This document shows, piece by piece, positions 21,331-32,460 of a stretch of DNA of 64,000 bases. The position numbers and the translations under genes are program-made. The stretch lies in assembly GCA_965219095.1 (NCBI GenBank), contig CBDCMT010000001.1, positions 1,696,001 to 1,760,000 of the forward strand. Direction: 5' to 3'. The notes beneath the pieces are model-generated. The model searched no databases, was not told the DNA's origin, and was given only the letters and a program-made list of their open reading frames with translations. The stretch comes from Bdellovibrionales bacterium. Lineage in GTDB: Bacteria > Bdellovibrionota > Bdellovibrionia > Bdellovibrionales > UBA1609. Within the stretch, counting starts at the first letter, position 1. Each line of letters begins with the position of its first letter.

Positions 21331-21395
21331 AATTTAAGTTCCTGTCTATAACTTTTTCTGTTTCTTGAGACCAGAGAGGGTGAGGGTCTTTTATG

Positions 21396-23144
21396 GTAAC
21401 TGTTCAGAAAAATTCTAGTTAGGTTTTCAGATTTTTTGAGTTAAGGTCTAGTTTTTATTCTAAGGTCTTGATAAATCGTCATTTGTTTTAAAAAATAGTT
21501 TCATATGACAATTCTTTCTTTAGATTCTAAAAACTTAAACGGAAGCACTATATGAGCAAGAATGAAAAGCCTAAAAACGAAGAGATTGCTCAGTTTTCTA
21601 ACAGAGCTAAACTCTTTTTCAAGAGAGGAAAAAGATTGCAAAATGAATATGAGAGTAAAGAAAATATCGATCGAAAATACAAACAGCTAAAGTCTGATAC
21701 ATACAAATGGAGATCAAAAAATAAAAAAGCTCTGACTTGCAAAGACTTTGTAAACGTTTGTTCAAATATCGAAAGGAGATTTATACCTTCATTAAGGCTG
21801 GGGTAGACCCCACTAACAACTATGGAGAGAGGGAAATCAGGCCTGCTGTACTTATGAGAAAAATTTCTTATTGTAATCGATCAGAGAAGAGAGTCCATAG
21901 GAGGTTATGATGAGCATCGCTAGAACTGCACAAAAGCAGAACCTGTCCTTCGTTGATATGACTACTGAATATCTCTCTAAGGAATTGTTAAAAAATAACT
22001 TAGACATTTTAGTGGGGTAGTATTTTATAATTCCACTCGCCATGAAATACTTCTCTCTTAATTTTTATAGATTCCATCTCTTTTTTAGACACTGTTTTTC
22101 CTTTCTTGTATTTCCTTTTATCTAAACAAGCTTTGACTTTTAGGCCTGATTTTGTTTTCGTCTTAGATATTAAATTGACTACAGTCATATAATTAATCAA
22201 AGGACGTCCTCTCCAATTTTTTGAAATATACGAAAAAAGACGATGTTCAATTTTATTCCATTTGCTTGTTCCAGGAGGAAAGTGACAAACATGAACTTTT
22301 AATCCTACTACATCACACCATTTCTGTAACTCATACTTCCATAGATGAAGACGATATCCATTACTTCCCTCACTGTCTGCACAAATTAAAATTTGTGCAG
22401 CATTAGGATAAGATTTTTTTCCCATATACCTCCACCACTTTTTAATGCTTGAAACAGCAAATTCTGCTGTATCAGCACTTACTCCTACATTGATCCATCC
22501 TGCATTTAAAGACAAATCATAAACACCGTAAGGTATTACTCTTGGAACTTCTGACTCAAATTGTTCATTTCTATCTGCATGAGCTTTTTTTCCTTCCAAA
22601 ACCTTTCTATTGGCCTGCAAGCTGTAATCCAGTTCGTGTAAAATGCTTGCAACAGTGGGAGGGCTTATATTATAACCTTGTGAATTTAAGGCCTCACTAA
22701 GATTTCTTACACTTTTACTGGTCCACTTTAGCGGACTCTCAGGATCCCCTCTTGTGCTAGACTCCATTAAACTTTCAAGAACGGAAACTAACTCTGGATA
22801 CTCTGCAGTCTTCTTCTTCCTTTCCCCTCCTTTTGAACGAATCTTTGAATCTTTAACTCCTTTAGAAAGCTCTTCTAAATCCTCTGTAAATAGTCTGACG
22901 ACATAAACCTGTAAACTTTGATACCTTGCTTATGCCACCACGACCATAGGCTTTCGATTCTGCCGCAGCTAAAATCCTCCTTCTTTTCGTTTAATAAATG
23001 AAAAGTCGTTGTGAGCTTTAATCTTAATTGACGATCTTTCTCTGATAGCACATGTAAATCTTACGACATAAAATCTGAAATGTCTAAGTTATTTTTTAAC
23101 AATGCTTAAACATTAAAATCACTAGAATTTAAGTGAACAGTTAC
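21396..23144 (+). mobile_element. Internally deleted single-ORF IS66-type element containing ISAzo13
   Basis: TIRs GTAACTGTTCA/TGAACAGTTAC; 8-bp TSD CTTTTATG; GVDPTNNYGEREIRPAVLMRK remnant ~21800-21860. Confidence 0.88.
21981..23106 (-). mobile_element. ISAzo13-family element (frameshifted, internally deleted transposase; main ORF 22009..22767)
   Basis: TIR core ATTGTTAAAAAATAACTTAGACATTT at both ends; TAA flanks; PPGTSKWNKIEHRLFS, FHGEWNY motifs. Confidence 0.93.
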
Positions 23145-23170
23145 CTTTTATGAGTAAATTCTTTTTTTTC

Positions 23171-23218
23171 GTCTTCTCAAAAGAACTTCCGGGAACCTAC
23201 AGATTCTTTTGAGGAAGC
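23171..23218. mobile_element. 48-bp ISL3-derived fold-back mini-element (diverged)
   Basis: GTCTTCTCAAAAGAACTTCCGGGAACCTACAGATTCTTTTGAGGAAGC. Confidence 0.8.
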
Positions 23219-23296
23219 TTTTTTATTAAAGAGGCTCAAGCTTAAAAAAAGATGTTTATAAAAATTTTCATGTAACGTAACAAAATTACAGTAAGC

Positions 23297-24433
23297 TTAT
23301 GAAAGTAAAGCTTGTTTTACTACAGGATCTTTGAATCTCCATATGACACTGTCAATAAAATAATGATGTATATTAATAAATACAGAAAAGCTTGCAATAA
23401 AAAAGAAAAAACTCCACTCTGAAGTTACATACTTATCTAATACATTGGGGACTAAGTCGAAAGAAAGAAATCCCAATAAAATTAAAAGAAAAACAATAAT
23501 AGTAATTTTCAATTGTTTTCTAAAATCTCCTAATTTAGAAGCATTTTGTTTTTCCAACTTGTAAACAAAAGGAAGATATTGCAAAGAATGAAAAAAAGGT
23601 ACGGCATATGCAAAGTATTCATGTTGAATGAACATGGGGAACCACCAAACATGCATAGCAACATAAGAGACTAAAAAATTAGGACTTGGCCATTTTTTCA
23701 GTTGTTTAAAATTTTTGAAACAAATAAAATACAGGAAAAACAAAAAACCAACAACAACAATCAACTGGGAAAAAAAGTATACACTTTCTCCCAGTTGGAA
23801 GGAGTAGTATTTTAATCCCCAATAATCATTATAGCTAGATTTTAGATTAGCATTTACAAGAGATACAATCCAAATACTATAAAGAGAAAATAAAATCATT
23901 TTTCTCTGAAGAGCATTCAAAAGATAATTATCATAATAAGAATATACCATCATACAGCCATAAACCTGCCTCGTATAATGCCAACCAACTGTTAAAAACA
24001 TAACATTAATAATAAAGTTCATAAGGTGGGAGCCTAAGCTAACATGAGAGGGTAGTTGAAAACCTAAATTCCACTGATCTAAAACCATATTTATATTATC
24101 TGTCCCTAATAATCCCGAGTAAGGCCCACTCATGCCTAAGTAAGCCCAAAACAAATAAAAAACAAGAATAAAGGGAATAAAAAGCAAGGCAAACCAATTA
24201 TGAAAAATAAAGGCTTTTCCTCGACTATATGCCAGTTTATAAGAGGCCATAAAATGAGGGTAATTAACCAAAACTTGCAGACTTGAAAAAGTCACCACAA
24301 AACTTGCAAAGTACTCATTAACAAACTGAACTTCTCTATAAAATTGAAATAAAACGAAAACTCCCCATACTACAAGACTGGCTCCACCGAGAAACCAAAA
24401 ATCAAAAGGCCTTGTTAGTAGTGACTTTTTCAT
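23297..24433 (-). CDS. Polytopic membrane protein with His motifs
   Basis: Many hydrophobic segments; NYPHFMASY, GWHYTRQVYG, HSLQY, HHYFIDSVIW. Confidence 0.75.
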   Translation of the reverse strand: MKKSLLTRPFDFWFLGGASLVVWGVFVLFQFYREVQFVNEYFASFVVTFSSLQVLVNYPHFMASYKLAYSRGKAFIFHNWFALLFIPFILVFYLFWAYLGMSGPYSGLLGTDNINMVLDQWNLGFQLPSHVSLGSHLMNFIINVMFLTVGWHYTRQVYGCMMVYSYYDNYLLNALQRKMILFSLYSIWIVSLVNANLKSSYNDYWGLKYYSFQLGESVYFFSQLIVVVGFLFFLYFICFKNFKQLKKWPSPNFLVSYVAMHVWWFPMFIQHEYFAYAVPFFHSLQYLPFVYKLEKQNASKLGDFRKQLKITIIVFLLILLGFLSFDLVPNVLDKYVTSEWSFFFFIASFSVFINIHHYFIDSVIWRFKDPVVKQALLS

Positions 24434-24536
24434 AAGTTTTTAAAGTATATCAAATTGACCATTAAAAGCACTATATACACAGCAAAGTCGTTGAAAAAAG
24501 ATTAAGGGGCAAAGCTCTTTCGTGTCATCTTAATGC

Positions 24537-25606
24537 GTCTATCAAAAAGTATGTCAAGAAAAAACACTTCTCCATTTACAAAAAATATAAAAAATTTTTT
24601 TTGCATACGGTCACGAATATTCTAATCATCTAAGAGAAAACTTCCTGCATTTCCTTTCCATTTTTTAATGACTCTTCCTTTACACATTGTAAAAAAAACA
24701 TATTCCTATTATGCGTCTATCTGAACCTTTTGTAACTGCTCACTCTCGTAAGTTTTTATTTAAAGCCATAGAGATGGCTTTAAATAAAAACTTACGAGAG
24801 TGAGCAGTTACTGTGTTTTTTACTTAGCCTCTTAAACTCTGCTTCATAACGTGCTTTCTCCTCCCCATAAGAACTGATAGCTTTATCTAAGCCTTCTAGA
24901 ACAAATATATCTCTTCTGCCCGTTTTAATTGAGTCTGCTTCTTAGCATCAAGATGGGAAGCTCGAAACAGAGCTGATCTTTGGTTTTTAACACGAACTCC
25001 TCTTTTAACCACATCTTCATACCCACTGACAATCTTACGAAGGTAAATGAATTCATCACCTGAGTGAAAAACTGGTTTCAAAAGGCCAGAGCGTAACAAT
25101 AAAACAAGTTTTTCAGCATCAATTTTATCAGTTTTAGCCCCTTCACTTAAAAGTTTGTTCCGAAGAGGATCACAGACTATGAACTCATCAACACTATCCT
25201 TTAATTCTGAATACAACCACTATCGAAGTTGTAGTCTCTTCGATAGTCAATATCTTCTTACCTTTCAGAGTTTTTAAATAGGCACGAAGATTCCCAAGAT
25301 CTGAAATCGTGTCCATAGTCTTAATATCTTTTGATTTGCCTGTCATCCTTGAAATGGCCATGTTACTTTGTGCCCAATCTACGGCTATATAGTGATCATA
25401 CATTTTATTTTCCTCCTTTGTTGGTTTGTTTATAAATAAAGTCTTGAAATCCTATTTTACATCTTTTTTTTGCTTTTCCCTTTGAGGCCTTAAAAACCAG
25501 GCCAGCTAAAGGGTTTAGAATTTGTCTCGAAAAGCTCACCTCCTTCTGCAAGTACTTTAGGGTCACTATCATGGCTTAAACCAGTGACCTGTCTTTTTGA
25601 TTTACC
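24537..25606 (-). mobile_element. IS1111-type element, internally deleted copy
   Basis: Reverse complement of 52080-52873 and ~53478-53672; identical ORF fragments 25194..25403 and 24896..25216. Confidence 0.92.
24732..24811. mobile_element. 80-bp palindromic mini-element from the IS66 right end
   Basis: 38-bp perfect arms and AGAG loop; arm equals 18289-18326. Confidence 0.92.
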
Positions 25607-25992
25607 GTCGAAATTAATTTTTGTAATTGGCGTAAGCAGTTACAAACATTCAAAGACAAGATGCCCTACTTCTTTGTCACACTAAATCATCAATTTTATG
25701 AGCTGCTTTAGGCGTTTTTACCCACAAATTCCCGGTAGGACTCAAACTTTTAACGCTAAGCAGTGCTTCTGGCGGACCAAGAGAAATGACAAAGTTTAAC
25801 AAGAAATAAGCCTAAACCAGATACCAGATCTATGACCACAAAAACTCAGTGAAATTTAGAAAACTATTTATTAATCCCCTCAAAAGCTAACTTAATAACA
25901 ACAGCTTTATGGACTAAAGGACTAAACATGGGTTGAAGGATAGCAAAGTTTTTTAAAGCTATTTTATGCAGAGCAATAAAACCTTCCTTTTT

Positions 25993-26022
25993 TTGACAAG
26001 GAACCTCTTTTTAGGAGATAGT
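25993..26022 (+). promoter_or_regulatory. Putative S10 operon promoter
   Basis: TTGACA-18 nt-GATAGT, about 135 nt before rpsJ. Confidence 0.45.
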
Positions 26023-26158
26023 GGTTCTCATTAGCCACTGTAATTTTTAGGCTTGAGCGAGAATCGTCACTTGTATGTGAAGGTGAAACTTTCTTCCTCC
26101 ACTAGAAGTTATAGGGATTTTTTATTTAAAAAATTAATAAAGAGGTTTTAAAAGGAAT

Positions 26159-26470
26159 ATGCAGAATCAACAAATACGAATTCGTTTGAAGTCTTTTGAT
26201 CACAAGCTTCTTGATCAATCCACAAAAGAGATTGTAGAAACTGTTCATCGTACAGGTGCAAAGATTCTAGGCCCTGTGCCTTTACCCGTAAAAATCAATC
26301 GTTACACTGTGTTGCGTTCTCCCCATGTGAACAAAAAATCAAGAGAGCAATTTGAGATTAGAACACACAAAAGACTTTTAGATATTTTAGAACCTAATCA
26401 GCAAACTGTGGATCAGCTTATGAAATTGGATCTTTCCTCAGGTGTTGATGTGGAAATTAAGTTAAGTTGA
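26159..26470 (+). CDS. rpsJ: 30S ribosomal protein uS10
   Basis: [10 protein letters not shown]...[20 protein letters not shown]. Confidence 0.98.
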   Translation: MQNQQIRIRLKSFDHKLLDQSTKEIVETVHRTGAKILGPVPLPVKINRYTVLRSPHVNKKSREQFEIRTHKRLLDILEPNQQTVDQLMKLDLSSGVDVEIKLS

Positions 26471-26484
26471 TAGAAGGATTAGTG

Positions 26485-27387
26485 ATGGGTGAAGATAAAA
26501 AAATAGATAAGAATACAAGTAATAAGAGAGGGCCTATAGAGCCAGAAAATCAAACTCTAAAAGACAGTTTCTCTCAAAAAGAGAACGACTCTCAAGGAAC
26601 TTCTGAAGCTGAGAGACAATCAAAAAACTCTGGAGAAGTAAAAACAGAAAAACCATCTAAAGAGCTATCTCAAGAGAATTCTAAAGATCCTGAAAAAGAA
26701 AGCTTATCTGAAGTGCTTCAGAAACCTTCAGATAAAAAAGAACACTCTCATGCCGTTAAACTCAAGGGTTTATACGCTTTTAAAGAAGGCATGTCTTCTG
26801 TTTATGACAAAGAGGGGAAAAAAGTTCCCGTAACAGTTTTAAAGTATGAACCTATGATCCTATCTCAACTAAAAACTGTAAATAAAGAAAATCACAGGAC
26901 TGTACAGACAGCTTTTGTCCCTAAAAGCCCGTTAAAAACAAAAAAGTCTGAAAAAGGTCACTTTAAAAAAGCAGGTTTTCAAAGAGGCTTTCGTTATGTA
27001 AAAGAAATAGCTTGTGAGGAGAGTCTCTCAAAGACTGTGACTTTAGGTCAACTTGTAGATATTAATAGCTTATCTCAAGGAGATAGAGTGAAGCTTACTT
27101 CTCGTTCTAAAGGAAGAGGCTTTTCAGGAGTTGTGAAACGACATAACTTCGGAGGAGGGCCTGCTTCTCATGGTTCTAAAAGTTACCGTCGTGTAGGCTC
27201 TATTGGAAACATCCGAGCTCAAGGCCGTGTATTCAAGGGTAAGAAAATGCCAGGTCGCTACGGATATGAAAACCATACAAGAAAAAACGTTTTAGTTGTG
27301 GATGTTTTAGCTGATCAAAAAATAATTTTAGTAAAAGGGCCTGTAGCAGGAGCAAGATGCTCCTTAGTTTGTTTAACGAAGATGTAG
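26485..27387 (+). CDS. rplC: 50S ribosomal protein uL3 with long N-terminal extension
   Basis: KEGMS...VPVTV, SKGRGFSGVVKRHNF, GKKMPG; ATG 26485 after GAAGGA. Confidence 0.96.
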   Translation: MGEDKKIDKNTSNKRGPIEPENQTLKDSFSQKENDSQGTSEAERQSKNSGEVKTEKPSKELSQENSKDPEKESLSEVLQKPSDKKEHSHAVKLKGLYAFKEGMSSVYDKEGKKVPVTVLKYEPMILSQLKTVNKENHRTVQTAFVPKSPLKTKKSEKGHFKKAGFQRGFRYVKEIACEESLSKTVTLGQLVDINSLSQGDRVKLTSRSKGRGFSGVVKRHNFGGGPASHGSKSYRRVGSIGNIRAQGRVFKGKKMPGRYGYENHTRKNVLVVDVLADQKIILVKGPVAGARCSLVCLTKM

Positions 27388-27394
27388 GATTTTT

Positions 27395-28033
27395 ATGAAG
27401 ATGATAAAAACAGATATTTTGAATTGGAAAAATGAAAAAGTAGGACAAGTTGATGTCCCTAGTCCTGTCTTTCAAGCATCGTTACAAAAACACCTGCTTT
27501 ATGATGTAGTGAAATGGCAGTTAGCTTGTCGTCGTCGAGGAACTCACCAAGCAAAAACACGTGCCCAAGTCAGAGGGGGAGGTGCTAAACCCTTTCGTCA
27601 AAAAGGTACAGGACGTGCGAGGCAAGGCTCTTCTCGTTCTCCTCTTCTAGAAGGTGGGGGTGTGATCTTTCCTCCTTCTCCTAGAGACTATTCCTATTCC
27701 ATCAATAGAAAACAAAAACAAAAAGCTTTATGTGTAGCTCTTTCTTACTTGTATAAAAATAAGTGTGTTAAAGTTGTAGAAAGTATAGAGGTCAAAAAAT
27801 CTAAAACAAAGGAATTAGAAAACACTCTTAAGGGAGTGAATGTAAAAAAGAGTCTTCTTATTGATCATAAAATAGACAAAAAAGTTTTACGTGCTTGTAG
27901 AAATCTAAAGAACTATCGTTATGGAAATTGTGATCTTGTAAATGTCTATGAACTTTTGAAGTTCAATTACATTATTTTAACAAAACAAAGTTTGCCTCTT
28001 TTATCTAAAAGATGTGGAGTAGAGATAACATGA
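27395..28033 (+). CDS. rplD: 50S ribosomal protein uL4
   Basis: KPFRQKGTGRARQGS. Confidence 0.98.
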   Translation: MKMIKTDILNWKNEKVGQVDVPSPVFQASLQKHLLYDVVKWQLACRRRGTHQAKTRAQVRGGGAKPFRQKGTGRARQGSSRSPLLEGGGVIFPPSPRDYSYSINRKQKQKALCVALSYLYKNKCVKVVESIEVKKSKTKELENTLKGVNVKKSLLIDHKIDKKVLRACRNLKNYRYGNCDLVNVYELLKFNYIILTKQSLPLLSKRCGVEIT

Positions 28034-28308
28034 TATACCTTATTAAAAGGCCTTTAATTACAGAAAAAAATTCTCGTATGGGGGAGGATAAGGTTTATGC
28101 TTTTGAAGTGGATAAGAAAGCAACCAAAACACAAATTAAAGAAGCTGTGGAAAAGCTTTTTCAAGTAAAAGTAAGAGGCGTACGTACAGCAATTTGCCGT
28201 GGAAGAAGTCGCAAAACTCGCCATGGTTTATCTCATGTGCCTTATTGGAAAAAAGCTTTAGTTAAAGTTGATAAAAACGAAACAATATCCTTGTTTGAAG
28301 GAGTATAA
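28030..28308 (+). CDS. rplW: 50S ribosomal protein uL23
   Basis: RPLITEK...ATKTQIKEAVEKLF...WKKALV. Confidence 0.97.
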   Translation: MIYLIKRPLITEKNSRMGEDKVYAFEVDKKATKTQIKEAVEKLFQVKVRGVRTAICRGRSRKTRHGLSHVPYWKKALVKVDKNETISLFEGV

Positions 28309-28310
28309 AA

Positions 28311-29141
28311 ATGGGTATAAAAACATTCAAACCTTATACTTCCGGCCGTAGAGGGATGACAGGTTTTAATTTTTCAGAGATCACAAGGAAAAAACCCGAA
28401 AAATCTTTAACTGCATCTCTTTCTAAAAAAGGGGCTCGTAACAATTATGGCCGTATTACTATGAGAAGTAGAGGAGGGGGACATAAACGTCTTTATCGTT
28501 TAATTGATTTTAAAAGAAGCAAAGAAAATATTAGAGGCCGAGTGAAAACCATTGAGTATGATCCTAATAGAACTTGTCGCATTGCTCTTATAGCTTATGA
28601 AGATGGTGAAAAAAGTTATATTTTAGCCCCTACAAAGTTGAACATAGGTGATGTGGTTTTAAGTGGCCAAACAGCTGATGTGAAGCCAGGTCATTGTAAA
28701 AAATTAAAGGATCTACCTGAAGGAACTTTGGTTCATAACATTGAAATGTCTCCTGGAAAAGGAGGACAGTTGGTAAGAGGGGCGGGGGCGGGAGCAACTT
28801 TAGTAGCTCAAGATCATCCTTACACTCAGATCAAACTTCCTTCAGGGGAAGTAAGGCAAATTTTTTCTGAATGCCGTGCTACAGTAGGTCAAGTAGGCAA
28901 TACTGAAAATGAAAACATATCTCAGGGAAAAGCAGGACGTACTCGTTGGAGGGGCTTTCGTCCTAAAGTGCGCGGTATGTGCAAAAACCCTGTTGATCAC
29001 CCTGGCGGTGGTGGTGAAGGACGAAGCAAAGGTCATCATCCTCGAACCCCTTGGGGTGTTCCCTGTAAAGGACGTAAAACAAGAAATAACAAACGTACAG
29101 ACTCTATGATTTTAAAACGTAGATCTAAGAGAAAAAAGTAA
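28311..29141 (+). CDS. rplB: 50S ribosomal protein uL2
   Basis: [28 protein letters not shown]. Confidence 0.98.
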   Translation: MGIKTFKPYTSGRRGMTGFNFSEITRKKPEKSLTASLSKKGARNNYGRITMRSRGGGHKRLYRLIDFKRSKENIRGRVKTIEYDPNRTCRIALIAYEDGEKSYILAPTKLNIGDVVLSGQTADVKPGHCKKLKDLPEGTLVHNIEMSPGKGGQLVRGAGAGATLVAQDHPYTQIKLPSGEVRQIFSECRATVGQVGNTENENISQGKAGRTRWRGFRPKVRGMCKNPVDHPGGGGEGRSKGHHPRTPWGVPCKGRKTRNNKRTDSMILKRRSKRKK

Positions 29142-29154
29142 AAGGAGAAAATTT

Positions 29155-29433
29155 GTGGCACGTTCATTAAAAAAAGGACCTTTCATTGATCATCACTTGT
29201 TAAAAAAGATTGAACAAGCTAAATCAGGAAGTAAAAAAGTGATTAAAACATGGTCACGTCGTTCAACGGTCATTCCTTCTGCAGTGGGTTTAACTTTTGC
29301 TGTTCACAATGGTCGCAAGTTTGTCCCTGTTTACATAACAGAAAATATGATCGGCCATAAATTAGGTGAATTTTCTACAACAAGAACTTTTTCAAGTCAT
29401 GCTGAAAAAAAAACCAGTGTTAAAAAGAGTTAA
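29155..29433 (+). CDS. rpsS: 30S ribosomal protein uS19
   Basis: RSLKKGPF...KTWSRRS...GHKLGEF. Confidence 0.98.
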   Translation: MARSLKKGPFIDHHLLKKIEQAKSGSKKVIKTWSRRSTVIPSAVGLTFAVHNGRKFVPVYITENMIGHKLGEFSTTRTFSSHAEKKTSVKKS

Positions 29434-29448
29434 AGAGGTTTTAGAAAG

Positions 29449-30000
29449 ATGGAAGTAAAAGCAAGTTTAAAGTACGCAAGAATAGGAACTCAAAAAGCAC
29501 GTCTTGTGGCTGATGTCATACGTGGGAAAAACATTAACGAAGCAATTCGTGCTTTAAGTTTTATACCGAAAAAATCAGCTCCGCTTTTCAAAAAACTTTT
29601 AGAGTCAGCTGTAGCTAATGCAGAAACAAAAGAACTTATCGATATTGACCTGCTTTATGTAAAAACAGTTACAGTTGATCAAGGGCCTTCTTTACGAAGG
29701 TATAAGCCGGCTCCTCAAGGGAGATCAAAACCTATTCGTAAGAAAATGAGTCATTTTCATGTGGTTTTAAGTGAAAAACAAGGCCATAGGCTTTCAAAGA
29801 AAGTTCAAAAGCCATTTGAAAAAGTACTTCAAAACAAAACTTCAAGCATAGAGGGTTCACAAATAAAACCTCCACAAAAGAAAGTAGAAAATCATGCTCC
29901 AGAAGCTGAGGTGGAAAAAATCACAAACTTCTCAGAAAAAAGCACTATAGAAGAAGAAAAAACAATTCAAAAGAAAGGTGAAGATGGGTCAAAAAGTTAA
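29449..30000 (+). CDS. rplV: 50S ribosomal protein uL22 with C-terminal extension
   Basis: KARLVADVIRGK...SAVANA...QGR; about 73 extra aa. Confidence 0.96.
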   Translation: MEVKASLKYARIGTQKARLVADVIRGKNINEAIRALSFIPKKSAPLFKKLLESAVANAETKELIDIDLLYVKTVTVDQGPSLRRYKPAPQGRSKPIRKKMSHFHVVLSEKQGHRLSKKVQKPFEKVLQNKTSSIEGSQIKPPQKKVENHAPEAEVEKITNFSEKSTIEEEKTIQKKGEDGSKS

Positions 30001-30643
30001 TCCAATCGGTTTTAGAGTAGGAATCATTCGTAATTGGGATTCAAGAGGCTACACTAAAGGTGAGCTTTACATAAAGAATCTTCAAGAAGACATTCAGTTA
30101 AGGCAGTTTCTCAACCAACATCTTAAACACGCTAGTGTATCTAAGATTGAGCTAGAAAGAGCTCCTAAAAAAGTAAAAGTAATCATTTCAACAGCACGTC
30201 CAGGGATTGTTATTGGGAAAAAAGGTGTAGGAATTGATAAGTTAAAAGAAGACGTTCAGAAACTTACAGAAAACCAAGTTTTCGTGTCTGTTCAAGAGGT
30301 TAGAAAGCCTGATTTAGACGCTCAATTGATCGCTCAGAACATTGCCCTCCAAATTGAAAAGAGAGTGTCTTGGAGACGTGCTATGAAAAAAGCTGTTGTG
30401 GCAGCTGTAAGAAATGGTGTTCGTGGTATTAAAATTAAAATCGGCGGTCGTTTGGATGGTGCTGAAATTGCTAGAAAAGAGTGGTATAGTGAAAAAAGTG
30501 TTCCTCTTCATACTCTGCGTGCTGATATTGATTATGGAACGGCTACAGCAAAGACAACTTATGGTCTTGTAGGTCTTAAGGTGTGGGTTTATAGGGGAGA
30601 TGTACTCACAACTAAAGAGTTAGAGGAGGTGCAACGTGCTTAG
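29984..30643 (+). CDS. rpsC: 30S ribosomal protein uS3
   Basis: [11 protein letters not shown]...[12 protein letters not shown]. Confidence 0.98.
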   Translation: MGQKVNPIGFRVGIIRNWDSRGYTKGELYIKNLQEDIQLRQFLNQHLKHASVSKIELERAPKKVKVIISTARPGIVIGKKGVGIDKLKEDVQKLTENQVFVSVQEVRKPDLDAQLIAQNIALQIEKRVSWRRAMKKAVVAAVRNGVRGIKIKIGGRLDGAEIARKEWYSEKSVPLHTLRADIDYGTATAKTTYGLVGLKVWVYRGDVLTTKELEEVQRA

Positions 30644-31043
30644 TCCTAAGAAAGTTAAGTGGAGAAAACAGCATCGTTTAGGTTATGGTGGAAAAACAAC
30701 AAAAGGCGGTACACTTAACTTTGGTGATTTTGCTTTAAAGGCAGAGACGGGGGGCTACATCACTTCTCGACAACTGGAAGCAAGCCGTATTGCCATTAGT
30801 CGTTCTGTTAAGAGGGGAGGAAAGCTTTGGTGGCGTATTTTCCCTGATAGGCCTGTGACTAAAAAACCTGCTGAAGTGAGAATGGGAAGTGGAAAAGGAA
30901 ATGTTGAGTTTTGGGTTGCTGCAGTGAGGCCAGGTAAGATTTTATGTGAAATGAATGGAGTTACAGAAAAACAGGCTAAAAGAGCCTTTCAATTAGCTTC
31001 TTATAAACTACCCATAAAAACAAGATTTTTAACAAGGAGCTAA
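30636..31043 (+). CDS. rplP: 50S ribosomal protein uL16
   Basis: [13 protein letters not shown]. Confidence 0.98.
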   Translation: MLSPKKVKWRKQHRLGYGGKTTKGGTLNFGDFALKAETGGYITSRQLEASRIAISRSVKRGGKLWWRIFPDRPVTKKPAEVRMGSGKGNVEFWVAAVRPGKILCEMNGVTEKQAKRAFQLASYKLPIKTRFLTRS

Positions 31044-31047
31044 GAAC

Positions 31048-31269
31048 GTGAAGTTTGTCGATATAAAGAATTTAACAAAAATAGAGCTTGAGAAAAAAGC
31101 TTTTATGACTCAAAAAGATTTGTTTCAGCTGAAAATGAAGCATTCTTTAGGACAATTGCAAAACCCTCTTGAAATTCGCAAACTACGAAGAGATATTGCT
31201 CGACTGAAGACAGTTTTAGGTGTTTTGAGAAGAAAAGAAAAGAAAGAAAAAGGGAGAAGTTCTATATGA
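31048..31269 (+). CDS. rpmC: 50S ribosomal protein uL29
   Basis: [19 protein letters not shown]. Confidence 0.96.
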   Translation: MKFVDIKNLTKIELEKKAFMTQKDLFQLKMKHSLGQLQNPLEIRKLRRDIARLKTVLGVLRRKEKKEKGRSSI

Positions 31270-31559
31270 ACAAGAAAAGAGGTTTACGGCATGAACTCAT
31301 AGGTATTGTAAAAAGTGATAAAATGGATAAAACCATCTCTGTTTTAGTGGAAAGAAGGGTAAAACATAAACGTTATAAGAAATATATTTTAAAAAACTCT
31401 ACCATGAAAGCTCATGATGAAAAGAATCAGGCTCAAAAAGGTGATAGAGTTTTAATTTATGAAACCAGACCTTTGAGTAAAACAAAAAGATGGAAGTTGT
31501 CAAAAGTTTTAGTAAAAGAAGAGGGAAAAAGTTATGATACAAATGCAGTCAAAGCTTAA
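31266..31559 (+). CDS. rpsQ: 30S ribosomal protein uS17
   Basis: SDKMDKTI...[11 protein letters not shown]. Confidence 0.97.
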   Translation: MNKKRGLRHELIGIVKSDKMDKTISVLVERRVKHKRYKKYILKNSTMKAHDEKNQAQKGDRVLIYETRPLSKTKRWKLSKVLVKEEGKSYDTNAVKA

Positions 31560-31902
31560 AGTAGCAGACAATTCAGGAGCTAAAGTGATTCAGTGTATTA
31601 AAGTTCTAGGAGGATCTCGTCGCAGAACAGCTAAAGTGGGAGATGTTATTGTTGTATCTGTGAAAAAGACTTTTTCAAAGCCAAAAGTCAAAAAAGGTAC
31701 TATTCAAAAAGCTGTGATTGTAAGAACGATTCACAAAATCAACCGATCTGATGGAAGCCATATTCGTTTTGATGAAAACTCGGCAGTTTTGATCAATAAT
31801 CAAAATGAGCCTATGGGAACACGTATTTTTGGTCCTGTGGCTCGAGAATTAAGAGCTAAAAAATTTATAAAAATTATTTCATTAGCTCCAGAGGTTTTAT
31901 AA
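31534..31902 (+). CDS. rplN: 50S ribosomal protein uL14
   Basis: VADNSGAK...[12 protein letters not shown]...SLAPEVL. Confidence 0.98.
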   Translation: MIQMQSKLKVADNSGAKVIQCIKVLGGSRRRTAKVGDVIVVSVKKTFSKPKVKKGTIQKAVIVRTIHKINRSDGSHIRFDENSAVLINNQNEPMGTRIFGPVARELRAKKFIKIISLAPEVL

Positions 31903-32447
31903 TGAGAGTTTTACAAGACAGATATAAAAAAGAATTTGTACCACTTCTTATGAAGGCTTTAAAAGCTAAAAATGTTATGAAAGTACCTAAACTTTTAAAA
32001 GTAACTTTAAGTGTATCTATGGGGACAGAGGCTGTTAAAAATCCTAAAATTTTAAATGAAGTCGTCCAATCTTTAACAGCTATCAGTGGTCAAAAAGCTG
32101 TGATCACAAAAGCTAAAAAAGCAATTGCTGATTTTAAAATTAGAGAAGGAATGGCTTTAGGAGCTTGTGTGACTTTAAGGAAAGAAAAAATGTGGGCTTT
32201 TATGGAAAGGTTTATACACTTTTCTTTGCCTAGGGTTAGGGACTTTAGAGGACTTGCTCCTAAGGGCTTTGATGGACGAGGTAATTATAATATGGGATTA
32301 AAAGAGCAGTTGATTTTCCCTGAAGTGGATTATGATAAAGTGAGTAAAGTTCATGGTATGAATGTGACCTTTCACACTTCGGCAAAAACAGATGCTGAGG
32401 GAAAAGCTCTTTTAGACGTGTTAGGGCTTCCTTTTAGGAAGAAGTAA
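31902..32447 (+). CDS. rplE: 50S ribosomal protein uL5
   Basis: LPRVRDFRG...FDGRGNY...IFPEVDYDK. Confidence 0.98.
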   Translation: MRVLQDRYKKEFVPLLMKALKAKNVMKVPKLLKVTLSVSMGTEAVKNPKILNEVVQSLTAISGQKAVITKAKKAIADFKIREGMALGACVTLRKEKMWAFMERFIHFSLPRVRDFRGLAPKGFDGRGNYNMGLKEQLIFPEVDYDKVSKVHGMNVTFHTSAKTDAEGKALLDVLGLPFRKK

Positions 32448-32460
32448 AAAAGGAGAAAGA

